This document shows positions 9,021 through 17,374 of a stretch of 52,621 bases of DNA, piece by piece. A program made the translations under genes and the position numbers. This stretch comes from a virus (Duplodnaviria; Caudoviricetes): IMG/VR virus record IMGVR_UViG_3300018405_000026, positions 1-52,621 of that record; one strand, 5' to 3'. Positions within the stretch are counted from its first letter, which is position 1. Each line of letters starts with the position of its first letter. The notes beneath the pieces were generated by a model, which had not been told where the DNA came from, ran no database searches, and was given only the letters and a program-made list of their open reading frames with translations.

Positions 9021-9933
9021 TTATAATCTCTCCTTCTATAATCATGTTGTTGGTTATTTTTTTTGTAATATCTTCGTTCAATTTCAAGAAACGGCTTAAA
9101 AGAATATCTAACTCACTCTTAACCAACGTGTCATTAGCCACCGCATCCGATAAATCGCTGTAAACCAACACGCTTAGTTTGGCTAACAAGGCATTGCCCT
9201 CTTTTAACACTTTGTGCAAACCGTCATAGTCTGCTATTTTCTGTTGCACTCGGTTAAGCTCTCCCTGCGATTGTTGAATAGCATTTGTGAGTTCATCATA
9301 TTTTTGCGACTTCTCGTTGACTTCTTTGCGTTGATTTAATAAATCTTGGTGTTCTTTTTCTAAATGTTCATTGCGTTTGGTTAAGTAATCTTTCGTGCGC
9401 TTCAAGTCCTCGTAATCGCTTGGAACAATTTGTTTCTCAATAATTTTCGGTTCTTGTCGCTGTGCTTTTTCCAACTGTTCGTAAGTTTTGTTAATAACAT
9501 CATCTTTCTCGGCTAGTTGCCTTTGGTGCTGTTCGGCTTGTTGCTGGAGTTGTTTTTTCAACTCCTGCAATTCTCTCGTGGTCATTTCATCAGGTGTTTT
9601 GGTTTTACCTTTATCAGTAACGTGTTCCTTAGTGCGTTCTTCTTCAGGAAGAGTTGAAATTAGATATAAAGCTCTACCACCTAAATGCGACCACGTGTCC
9701 GTATTTGGCAATTCACTAGCCACTTTCATAAAACGCTGAGCTTCACGAATGTCCATTTTCAAGTTCGATTCAACCCACTTGATAAAGTTCCCATGCGCTA
9801 AATCATTTTCTTTAACATGGTTTAAACGTCTACCTATTTCCCAAATTGATTGACCTGCAATGTTCTTGTGATGATTTATCTCTAGTTCGATTTGTTTCAA
9901 ATCTGTGGATAAACTTATCTCATTCACTTGCAT
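9013..9933 (-). CDS. DUF3102-domain antirepressor-like protein
   Basis: SIWEIGRRLNHVKENDLAHGNFIKWV...AQRFMKVA followed by a coiled coil. Confidence 0.85.
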   Translation of the reverse strand: MQVNEISLSTDLKQIELEINHHKNIAGQSIWEIGRRLNHVKENDLAHGNFIKWVESNLKMDIREAQRFMKVASELPNTDTWSHLGGRALYLISTLPEEERTKEHVTDKGKTKTPDEMTTRELQELKKQLQQQAEQHQRQLAEKDDVINKTYEQLEKAQRQEPKIIEKQIVPSDYEDLKRTKDYLTKRNEHLEKEHQDLLNQRKEVNEKSQKYDELTNAIQQSQGELNRVQQKIADYDGLHKVLKEGNALLAKLSVLVYSDLSDAVANDTLVKSELDILLSRFLKLNEDITKKITNNMIIEGEIIND

Positions 9934-9942
9934 GCTCCTTCC

Positions 9943-10179
9943 TTAAACTGATATACTATCGCATTTATGCGACTTCTTACTTAAAAAAATTTCTATTGCT
10001 TCTTCATTAGACAACTGCATAATCTTTGCAATTTCCGCCACTTCTCCTATTGAAAAATCTCCATTGTTTTTCATTTTTCTATAAAAAGTACTTCTGTCTA
10101 TTCCAATAGATTGAGCCAATTCTTGTTGAGAAAAACCTTTTTCAACAATCTTACCTCGCAACTTATTAACGTCCACCAT
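9943..10179 (-). CDS. cro: Cro-like HTH repressor
   Basis: KLRGKIVEKGFSQQELAQSIGIDRSTFYRK, divergent from cI. RBS AAAGGGGG precedes ATG 10179. Confidence 0.85.
   Translation of the reverse strand: MVDVNKLRGKIVEKGFSQQELAQSIGIDRSTFYRKMKNNGDFSIGEVAEIAKIMQLSNEEAIEIFLSKKSHKCDSISV
9959..9972. promoter_or_regulatory. Operator TCGCA-N4-TGCGA (distal, in the 3' end of cro)
   Basis: tcgcatttatgcga palindrome that matches the three intergenic copies. Confidence 0.75.
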
Positions 10180-10200
10180 GTGATTACCCCCTTTCCATTG

Positions 10201-10338
10201 TCGCATTCGTGCGACTTATTAATTAAATAATAACAGTTAAGGTTTCAATAGTCAAGAGATAAATCGCATTTCTGCGAAAATAGTTAAAATAAAAACTCTT
10301 CATTATATGTTGCATTAATGCGACTGATGATTTATAAT
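10201..10338. promoter_or_regulatory. Lysis/lysogeny switch: divergent promoters and three operators
   Basis: Operators at 10201-10214, 10264-10277 and 10310-10323 (TCGCA-N4-TGCGA, last copy TTGCA). Minus promoter TTGACT(10255-10250)-17-TATTAT(10232-10227) with an extended TG. Plus promoter TTGCAT(10310)-17-TATAAT(10333). Confidence 0.8.
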
Positions 10339-10365
10339 TAAGACATAAAGAAAAGAGGTGAAAAA

Positions 10366-11055
10366 ATGGATATCGGCAAAAGAATGAAAGAAAGACGAAA
10401 ACAACTTAAAATGACAGCCGATGAGATAGGCGAGAAATTAGGCGTATCAAGAGCAACGATTTATAGATACGAAAAAGGTGACATCGAAAAGTTTCCAATC
10501 GAATCATTAGAACCCTTGGCTGAAGCGCTTCAAACAACTAACGAATACTTGATGGGTTGGGAGTTTGAAAGGGATATTCTACCAATCTATAAAGAACTTA
10601 CCCCTCAACGTCAAATCAAAGTATACAACTTCGCTGAAAAACAACTTGATGAACAGAATAACATCATCAATGTTGATTTTGCAAAGGAAGACAGCAAAAC
10701 AATCATTACCAACAGACGAACTGCTGCAGGATCCGCTTTACACGTGGATGATACAGACGCAAGAAAAGAAGTTGTATCATCAGCGCTAATACCTAAAGGT
10801 GCAGACGAGCTAGTAGAAGTTGTTGGTAAGTCAATGGAGCCTTTAATAAAAGATGGCCAAGAAGTATATATGAGATATCAGCCAAGTGTTGAGAATGGCG
10901 AAATTGCTATTGTAAGGATTGAAAACGAAGGCGTGACTTGTAAGCGGGTCTATGCTGATAATGGCACAATCACGCTAAAGTCTGAAAATGAAGAGTATGA
11001 TGATATGCATTTTGACGCTAGTCAAGTGGTAGTTTTAGGCAAGGTCTTGTTATAA
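10366..11055 (+). CDS. cI: CI-like repressor (HTH_XRE plus S24 peptidase)
   Basis: N-terminal HTH, AAG cleavage-site motif, VVGKSMEP catalytic Ser and TCKR catalytic Lys. Confidence 0.93.
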   Translation: MDIGKRMKERRKQLKMTADEIGEKLGVSRATIYRYEKGDIEKFPIESLEPLAEALQTTNEYLMGWEFERDILPIYKELTPQRQIKVYNFAEKQLDEQNNIINVDFAKEDSKTIITNRRTAAGSALHVDDTDARKEVVSSALIPKGADELVEVVGKSMEPLIKDGQEVYMRYQPSVENGEIAIVRIENEGVTCKRVYADNGTITLKSENEEYDDMHFDASQVVVLGKVLL

Positions 11056-11080
11056 ATAAAATTAAAAAGGAGAAATCTAA

Positions 11081-11731
11081 ATGAAAAGAAAAATTTTTTT
11101 TGTTTTCGGAGTTCTTAACCTCATCTCTGCAATTTCTGCTAATTTTTTAGGGGAGCCTATTCCGGATCAACAACAATTGATAACTGTTATGACATTAGTA
11201 GGGATATTGCTGATTACACTAGCGGTAAGAATACCAAAGCATGAGAAAACATCCGGAATTACGAAACATAAGAAGATAAAAAAACATGAAGAAAAAGAAC
11301 AGTATTTCGACCCTGACAAAATGATAACCGCAACTGTGGGAGTGGATATGGATAGGAGATTAATCGGCGTCAAACATTTCAGAAAATTCTCTGAGATTTG
11401 GCCACTAGAAGAAATACAAACTTATGAAATTGTTGAAAATGGACAGTCTATTTCTTCGGGCGGAATAGGAAGTGCCGTTATCGGAGGTATGGCTTTTGGC
11501 GGAGTAGGAGCCATAACAGGAGCAATTACGGGAAAAAAAACACAAAACAAAAAGGTAACTACTTTCTGCGTTAAGTTGAATACGAATAACATAGACAAAC
11601 CTGTCAGATACATAAATCTAATCTCCGGACCAACAAAATCTAACTCTTTAACATATAAAAATGCCGTCTCTGACGCAGATACTATCATCGCAAGCTTGAA
11701 TATTTTAATGGGTAAAAACGAACGCACATAA
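11081..11731 (+). CDS. Membrane protein of the lysogeny module (superinfection-exclusion candidate)
   Basis: Two N-terminal TM segments and a glycine zipper GSAVIGGMAFGGVGAITGAITG. Lies between cI and int. Confidence 0.75.
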   Translation: MKRKIFFVFGVLNLISAISANFLGEPIPDQQQLITVMTLVGILLITLAVRIPKHEKTSGITKHKKIKKHEEKEQYFDPDKMITATVGVDMDRRLIGVKHFRKFSEIWPLEEIQTYEIVENGQSISSGGIGSAVIGGMAFGGVGAITGAITGKKTQNKKVTTFCVKLNTNNIDKPVRYINLISGPTKSNSLTYKNAVSDADTIIASLNILMGKNERT

Positions 11732-11902
11732 AGAAAAATCCCAATTTGAAGGTCAGCTATCACCTGAAGAAATGGCAGATTTAGAATAAACAAAAGAAGC
11801 CCACACTAACGCCGGCAAGCAAATAAGTGTGAGCGGATGAAAAAATACCTATATTAGGCTTATTTTCTATGCCCTATTATAGCATAAATAGGAGGAGTTT
11901 GA

Positions 11903-13000
11903 ATGGCTTCTTATACTAAAAGGGGCAAAACATGGACGTATATCGTATCTTACAAAGATAAAAACGGCGAATTTCAAACAGCGCGCAAAGGTGGTTTTCG
12001 CACCAAGCCTGAGGCAGCTGCAGCAGCTAGAGATATTGAAATCGCAATAGCCAAAGGTCATGATCCTAGCGTTAAGAAAAAACTTTTCTCGGACTATTTT
12101 AAAAATTGGATGGAATTATATAAAAAACCAGCAGTAACAGAAGTCACTTACCGTAAATATAAAGTGGCCTACAACAATATTAAAAAATTATTTCCTTACG
12201 AGACACTTGAGGATTTGGACCGTGACACATATCAAAGAGCGCTAAATGAATACGCCAAAACTACGGCTGAATCAACAGTCAAACGCTTAAACAGCTACAT
12301 AAGAGCGTGTTTAGCATACGCCTTAGAAGATAACACCATCTTCCGGGACCCGACGTTTAAAGCGGTAATTTCGGGCAATAATGAACGGGTAGTCGATGAA
12401 GAGGCGAAATTTTTAGAGAGAAAAGATTACGACAAGCTGATGGCCAATATTTCAAAAAGACCTCTGACGGCGTCAAAAATGCTGGTGATTATAGCTGCTC
12501 ACACTGGCGCACGATATGCAGAAATTTTAGGTTTGACGTGGAATGATATTGATTTCGAAGCCAAAACTGTGACCATTAGTAAAACTTGGCTATATAAATT
12601 GAAGCCGCCTGTATTCGGTGAAACTAAGAATAAAAAACGGCGCGTGATACTTGTAAGCGACGAATTGCTCGCCTTTATAAAAGAGATTGAAGCACACCAA
12701 GAGTTAAACGGCTCTAAAATTGATCGCATCATTAACGCACCCTGCTCAAACGAAGCAGTCAATAAATATTTACGCAAAGTGCAAACACAGATAGGCGTGA
12801 CTGAGAAACAAATAACACTACACGGGTTACGACATACACACGCTTCGCTATTGCTTTACGCCGACGTAAACATTATGCTTATAGCAGAACGACTTGGACA
12901 CAAAGACGTGACCGTCACGCAGACCGTCTATTCTCACGTATTAGAAGAAATGCGAAAAAATAAAGAAAATCAATTGATAAATTCTTTGAAAATTTTTTAA
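11903..13000 (+). CDS. int: Tyrosine integrase
   Basis: Arm-binding N-terminus (KGGFRTKPEA), TGARYAE, HGLRHTHAS, LGH and VYSH catalytic motifs. Confidence 0.96.
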   Translation: MASYTKRGKTWTYIVSYKDKNGEFQTARKGGFRTKPEAAAAARDIEIAIAKGHDPSVKKKLFSDYFKNWMELYKKPAVTEVTYRKYKVAYNNIKKLFPYETLEDLDRDTYQRALNEYAKTTAESTVKRLNSYIRACLAYALEDNTIFRDPTFKAVISGNNERVVDEEAKFLERKDYDKLMANISKRPLTASKMLVIIAAHTGARYAEILGLTWNDIDFEAKTVTISKTWLYKLKPPVFGETKNKKRRVILVSDELLAFIKEIEAHQELNGSKIDRIINAPCSNEAVNKYLRKVQTQIGVTEKQITLHGLRHTHASLLLYADVNIMLIAERLGHKDVTVTQTVYSHVLEEMRKNKENQLINSLKIF

Positions 13001-13032
13001 TTTTTATGCCAATTTCAAACATGTCTATGCAG

Positions 13033-13247
13033 TAGCTATCCTTTAGCTTATAAAATAGTTTGCACATATTTTACACAAGTTAAAAATTAATGCTATAATA
13101 GCAAGGTTAGCAGGCTATTGAAATTCCCTTCAGAGGCGTTTTATTAATATTCATAGCAAGTAATAGCAATTAAAAACGTTGATTTGAAAGCTTTTTTAGA
13201 ATTAGCTATACTTTAGCTTTTAAAACATTTTACACATATTTTACACA
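13033..13247. repeat. attP region: 45-bp imperfect direct repeats (13033-13077 and 13203-13247) flanking a tRNA-like core
   Basis: 40/45 identical and 170 bp apart, containing repeated TTTTACACA motifs (another copy near 13329). Directly downstream of int. Confidence 0.75.
13123..13138 (+). other. Putative attP core matching a tRNA 3' end
   Basis: ATT-CCCTT-CAGAGGC-G fits T-loop end, 5-nt T-stem strand, 7-nt acceptor strand and discriminator base. It is a GC-rich island in AT-rich DNA. Confidence 0.6.
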
Positions 13248-13254
13248 TAAATTT

Positions 13255-13278
13255 AGACCGTCTTAGGACGGTCTTTTT
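13255..13278 (+). terminator. Intrinsic terminator downstream of the att core
   Basis: AGACCGTC-ttag-GACGGTCT followed by TTTT. Confidence 0.85.
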
Positions 13279-13398
13279 GTTTTGTTTATCGTGGTATTGA
13301 TATGATTTAAGCAGAAAATAACCGTCAATTTTACACAAGTAAAAATTCCTACTATTATATACACCTTTAAATTTGTGCATGATATACAAATTAAATAA

Positions 13399-13457
13399 TT
13401 ATACATAATTATGCACAAAACACTTTACAAGTTATACATAATCATGTATAATATAAT
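13399..13457 (+). promoter_or_regulatory. Moron promoter with two palindromic operators
   Basis: TTTACA(13424)-17-TATAAT(13447). Perfect palindrome TTATACAT-aatc-ATGTATAA at 13432-13451 and an imperfect copy at 13399-13418. Confidence 0.75.
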
Positions 13458-13500
13458 TAAAGAGTAAGAGATAAATAAAAAACAGAAAAGAGGAAATGAA

Positions 13501-13905
13501 ATGGAAAAAGTATACGAGGTAATTAACAAGGAAATCGCAAAATTCAATTTATCATACGACCAAGACGACGCAACGGAAAGCCAAAAAGAAAACACAAAAC
13601 AATTTGACGGGCTAAGCCATATTAATACATCTAAAGTGAGTGCAGAAGCTTCGTGGGAATTTTCAAAGGTAATCGAAAACATCTTGGCAATTGTTGAAGA
13701 TGGTGTTAAAACTTTCGAAGAAGTTCCAGAGGGCGCAATCTTAAAAGGAACCCCAGAATACAAAGAACGTGTAAAAAACGAAGAACCAAAGAGTGTAGTT
13801 ACAGGGTTCAGAAGAAGATTTGGCTATACACAATTAAAAAACATTCAGTTCGATGGATTTTCAATCATTACTGAAAAAACATTTTACTTCGAGGGTGATA
13901 AATAA
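13501..13905 (+). CDS. Hypothetical moron protein
   Basis: 134 aa, AGAGG RBS, own promoter, oriented opposite to the lytic genes. Confidence 0.8.
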   Translation: MEKVYEVINKEIAKFNLSYDQDDATESQKENTKQFDGLSHINTSKVSAEASWEFSKVIENILAIVEDGVKTFEEVPEGAILKGTPEYKERVKNEEPKSVVTGFRRRFGYTQLKNIQFDGFSIITEKTFYFEGDK

Positions 13906-14498
13906 TGAAAGTAGATTTAAAGGAAATAGATAAGTTATTAAATGAAAGCAATCTTAGCGAAGTGGCAAAAGCGGTGGGAATACCCTACCGCACACTACAA
14001 GCTTGGAAGCGTGGCGAAAATAAATGGTGGACCGATACACAACAAAAGCTAACCGCATTGCAAAACTACCTAAATACGGAGGATAACAAAATGGAAAATA
14101 TAACACTATATTTCAAAACTCGAATTAGCGGCGGTGAATATAGATATTCTGATATCGTTGAAGTGTCTGCTACTTGGGGAGAAAATGTTTTTAAAGAGAT
14201 TTTCAATCAGCTATACAGCGAAATGAAACGTCGTGATGAATGGATTTTCTACAAATATGATTTCGAAAAGACGATGGAAAAAGCTCAAAAGTATTACGGA
14301 AAGCCAATAGAAGAATTTAGTGACTTTGAAGCTTCGGCTTTAATCAGTGAAGCAATAGGACATGTAGAGGTTTCAGAGTGGTTGGGATATTATATCATGA
14401 AAGACGGTGTCATCTATCGCTTAGGCTCAAGCGAAACCAACGAAAACATTTTCACTTTTAAGGACAATAACGGAAATAAAATAAATCTTCCGCTATAA
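13905..14498 (+). CDS. HTH-domain moron protein with an internal in-frame start at 14091
   Basis: N-terminal LSEVAKAVGIPYRTLQAWKRG HTH. GGAGG-8nt-ATG lies inside the frame. Confidence 0.8.
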   Translation: MKVDLKEIDKLLNESNLSEVAKAVGIPYRTLQAWKRGENKWWTDTQQKLTALQNYLNTEDNKMENITLYFKTRISGGEYRYSDIVEVSATWGENVFKEIFNQLYSEMKRRDEWIFYKYDFEKTMEKAQKYYGKPIEEFSDFEASALISEAIGHVEVSEWLGYYIMKDGVIYRLGSSETNENIFTFKDNNGNKINLPL

Positions 14499-14500
14499 AC

Positions 14501-14545
14501 AAAAACAGCCCCACAGCTCAAAAAGAGTAGTGGGGTTTCTATTTT
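14501..14545. terminator. Bidirectional terminator between moron and lysin
   Basis: AGCCCCAC...GTGGGGTT hairpin, A-rich on the left and T-rich on the right, between convergent genes. Confidence 0.7.
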
Positions 14546-14560
14546 GTTAAATGTCCATTA

Positions 14561-16375
14561 TTAAGCTTTAGTGATTTTGTATTTCTTGCCTTCCCAGAAA
14601 AATTCGCCGTCTTTCAAGTCGACAGCAGGTGTTTGACTACCTTCGTCTTTCGGCTGCTCTTCTTTAGGCGCTTCAACTACATCTGTCGGAGGCAGTGGTT
14701 TTGTCGGCTCTTGTGCCTTTTTAGACGGGTCTTCAACATATAATTTTTGACCACTAAAAATTACATTCGATGATAGTCCGTTCCAGTCCTTGATGTTAGC
14801 GACTGTAATTCCGTACTTCTCGCCGATTAAGTATAAATATTCGCCAGATTTAACCGTGTGTGTTTTTAAGCTGGCATTACTTGCGCCCCAATTAGCTCTT
14901 GGCTCTTCCAGGTCCTGCTCTAGGATCCAGCTAACCTTGTTTTTCAGCAGATAGGCACGTTTAGAGTAGCTCACATTAACTGCCATTGATTTAACGACGG
15001 TATCGGTATCACCAGCAAAGTCTTTTGATGGCTTTTTACCAAAACTTGGGTTATTCGGAATAAACCATGCTGAATGCCCTTTGCGAATCTTAACTTTAGC
15101 ACCATCTTTCACTACATCAAATTCTTGTGTCGGCGCTTTATAGGCCGGCCATTTAACGTCATCCAATCCGCCTCCACCTGTTGCAGGTGTTGATGGAGTA
15201 GCTCCAGATGGCACTTCTTGCATACCAAAGTAAGCATTAATTCCATTAGCCAATCCTTCCGCCATTTGAGTTGTATATTTATCTTGTTGACTGCCAAAGA
15301 TTTTATCAAAGTCAGTTGTACCAGACATGAAACCAAGTTCCATTAATACAGCTGGCATTGTTACTTCTCTAGTCATATGGAAATTTGTCCAGTTAGTTAA
15401 TACAGAAGGGATTGAGCCAGCGCCGTAAATTGTTTGACCTTGTTTACGATATTGTGCCATAATCGCATCTGCTAGCTTTTTAGAATTAGTAGAGCGTGAG
15501 TCACGATCATAGTTCGCATAGAAAGCACCGATACCATTTGTTGAGTTTTTAAAAGTGCCTATCCAATTCGCATGAATTGATACCATGATATCAACTTTTT
15601 CCGCATTAAAACGGTTAGTTCTTGCCGTTAGAGACGTGTCATTTGCCATCGGCTGTTGAACACCATAAGTTACTTTGTGTCCTGATTTTTCCAATAAAGT
15701 TTTTAGCTTTTTGGCAACGATTGAGTTAAAAGTATGCTCCTCATAGACTCTACCGCCAGTTGATACACCTTTACCTCCACCGGTTTCCCACGTGTTCGCA
15801 CCGTGTCCAATATCTAATCCAATATATGTCATTTTTATGTCTTCCCCTTTATTCGTTTCTTCCTTAGGAGTCTCTTCAATATCTTTCAAGCTTGCGCTTT
15901 CCTTCATGCCATAGTTCTTTAGCCCATAGTTATCAATAGTTCTTAATAACTTAGCCGCATACCCAATCGAGGTTGAGGTAGGAACATCTGTTGCATATCT
16001 TCCTGGACCCATTAGGGCTTTAGCTTCATCTTGGTAGTTTTTAGCCTCTATCGCCTCTTTATAAGCCACGTTTTTACGGTGTGAGGTCGATACAAAGAAT
16101 AGCGCCTGATCTGCGACACAATCCTCAACTGTTTTATATTTTCTGAAGTTGTCACGAATTTGGATCTCTTTACCGTTCACCGTTTCACCTGTTTTTGCAT
16201 TAAAACTGTCGCCTGTCCACGGCGCTGATGCCTTAATGCCGAAACTGTTATTCGCATTCTTAAAAATATCACTCGTGAAATTCCCTGTCTCGTGGACGGC
16301 TTGAGCTAATCTAGTCAATTCTGAAATCGGGGACGGATACTTCTTGATCAGCTGTGCCATTGTTTTAATATCCAT
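14561..16375 (-). CDS. Multidomain endolysin: GH73 glucosaminidase, Amidase_3, cell-wall-binding region and LysM
   Basis: AQAVHETG/NNSFGIKA/YATD; LDIGHG/E/SIHAN/LMELGFM zinc-amidase motifs; HTVKSGEYL...GQKLYV LysM. Confidence 0.93.
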   Translation of the reverse strand: MDIKTMAQLIKKYPSPISELTRLAQAVHETGNFTSDIFKNANNSFGIKASAPWTGDSFNAKTGETVNGKEIQIRDNFRKYKTVEDCVADQALFFVSTSHRKNVAYKEAIEAKNYQDEAKALMGPGRYATDVPTSTSIGYAAKLLRTIDNYGLKNYGMKESASLKDIEETPKEETNKGEDIKMTYIGLDIGHGANTWETGGGKGVSTGGRVYEEHTFNSIVAKKLKTLLEKSGHKVTYGVQQPMANDTSLTARTNRFNAEKVDIMVSIHANWIGTFKNSTNGIGAFYANYDRDSRSTNSKKLADAIMAQYRKQGQTIYGAGSIPSVLTNWTNFHMTREVTMPAVLMELGFMSGTTDFDKIFGSQQDKYTTQMAEGLANGINAYFGMQEVPSGATPSTPATGGGGLDDVKWPAYKAPTQEFDVVKDGAKVKIRKGHSAWFIPNNPSFGKKPSKDFAGDTDTVVKSMAVNVSYSKRAYLLKNKVSWILEQDLEEPRANWGASNASLKTHTVKSGEYLYLIGEKYGITVANIKDWNGLSSNVIFSGQKLYVEDPSKKAQEPTKPLPPTDVVEAPKEEQPKDEGSQTPAVDLKDGEFFWEGKKYKITKA

Positions 16376-16393
16376 GTTAAGCTCCTTTCGTTG

Positions 16394-16419
16394 AAAAAAG
16401 ACGGAGGTTAATCCGTCTT
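16394..16419 (-). terminator. Intrinsic terminator-like hairpin between holin and endolysin
   Basis: Minus strand AAGACGGA-ttaacc-TCCGTCTT followed by TTTT. Confidence 0.65.
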
Positions 16420-16432
16420 AGGTATCTCTTTT

Positions 16433-16705
16433 TTATAAATCTGTTGGTAATTTAAGCTTAAATAGTTTAGTGGCCAACTCATAAATACCGGGTGCGGCGA
16501 TCCCGCCTGTCACCCCGACATATACGTTGGATGCAAAATCTCCACCGAATATTTGCATGGCAATGATTCCTCCGACAACTCCTAGTGTTAAATTTAGCAA
16601 GTGGATCTGTTCGGCTGTTAATTTTACAAACGCTTTTGCGATTTCTGAAATTACCGCGATTGCTATTGCGATGACAACCACTAAAGCAACTGTTTCGTTA
16701 TCCAT
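16433..16705 (-). CDS. Holin
   Basis: 90 aa, three hydrophobic segments, G..A.G.YE motif, directly before the lysin. Confidence 0.85.
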   Translation of the reverse strand: MDNETVALVVVIAIAIAVISEIAKAFVKLTAEQIHLLNLTLGVVGGIIAMQIFGGDFASNVYVGVTGGIAAPGIYELATKLFKLKLPTDL

Positions 16706-16968
16706 TAAATTTCCTCCTTTACCGGATTTGACATTTTGTAACGATGAAATTCTTCTTGAATTTTGTGTTTTTCGTTTCGTTCTAAGTCGTAAGCAAGCTT
16801 CAATTCTTTAATCGTTTCTTCTTGCTCTTCGATTCTGCCGTGAGCGATCGTTAATAAACTGTTAGCGCTAGTTTTGTTGGCGTTAAAAAATTGAAAGATA
16901 GCACTGACTATCACTCCAACCGTTCCGCCTCCAATCAGCGTTAAAAAAATAGACGTCGTTTCATTCAA
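16705..16968 (-). CDS. Membrane-anchored coiled-coil lysis-region protein
   Basis: N-terminal TM helix and C-terminal coiled coil. Confidence 0.7.
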   Translation of the reverse strand: MNETTSIFLTLIGGGTVGVIVSAIFQFFNANKTSANSLLTIAHGRIEEQEETIKELKLAYDLERNEKHKIQEEFHRYKMSNPVKEEI

Positions 16969-16969
16969 A

Positions 16970-17374
16970 TCAGAAATCCCCCCTGTACGATATTCGGTAG
17001 CATATCGCGGCGACTAAAGCAGTGTACATGTAGGACGGGTTAGGATAGCCGGTACCAAAACTATAGGTAATTGCCAACACTAAAAGACCTGTCCAAAGTG
17101 CTGACAAGCCTAAAATACCAACTCTTTTTAAGAAAGCCCGATTTGTAATCACCCCCAAAATTTTAATGATAGCCCAAATGATCAGTAGTGCACCGATAAT
17201 ATCTTCAGGCAAACTAGAAAAATAAGGTTCGACGTTAGCAATTAAATAGCCGTCGTAATAAATAGTGAACGCTCCGAAAAACAAACTCATAAATGAGACG
17301 CAAAAGCTGTAGAAAATTTGCGGTATCCGTTCAGCCTCTTTAATTAGTTGACGTTTAAGTTCACGGTTCGACAT
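16970..17374 (-). CDS. Four-TM membrane protein of the lysis region
   Basis: Four hydrophobic segments. Start reassigned to MSNRELK (GGCGGTG RBS) because the track start overlaps a small upstream gene. Confidence 0.75.
   Translation of the reverse strand: MSNRELKRQLIKEAERIPQIFYSFCVSFMSLFFGAFTIYYDGYLIANVEPYFSSLPEDIIGALLIIWAIIKILGVITNRAFLKRVGILGLSALWTGLLVLAITYSFGTGYPNPSYMYTALVAAICYRISYRGDF

Noticed and set aside
13123-13138. tRNA gene
   Set aside because: Only a 3'-end fragment is present, with no D or anticodon arm upstream.
13033-13460. Repeats near attP as a CRISPR array
   Set aside because: Only two long imperfect copies plus short motifs, with no regular repeat-spacer period. Integrase arm sites and operators explain them better.
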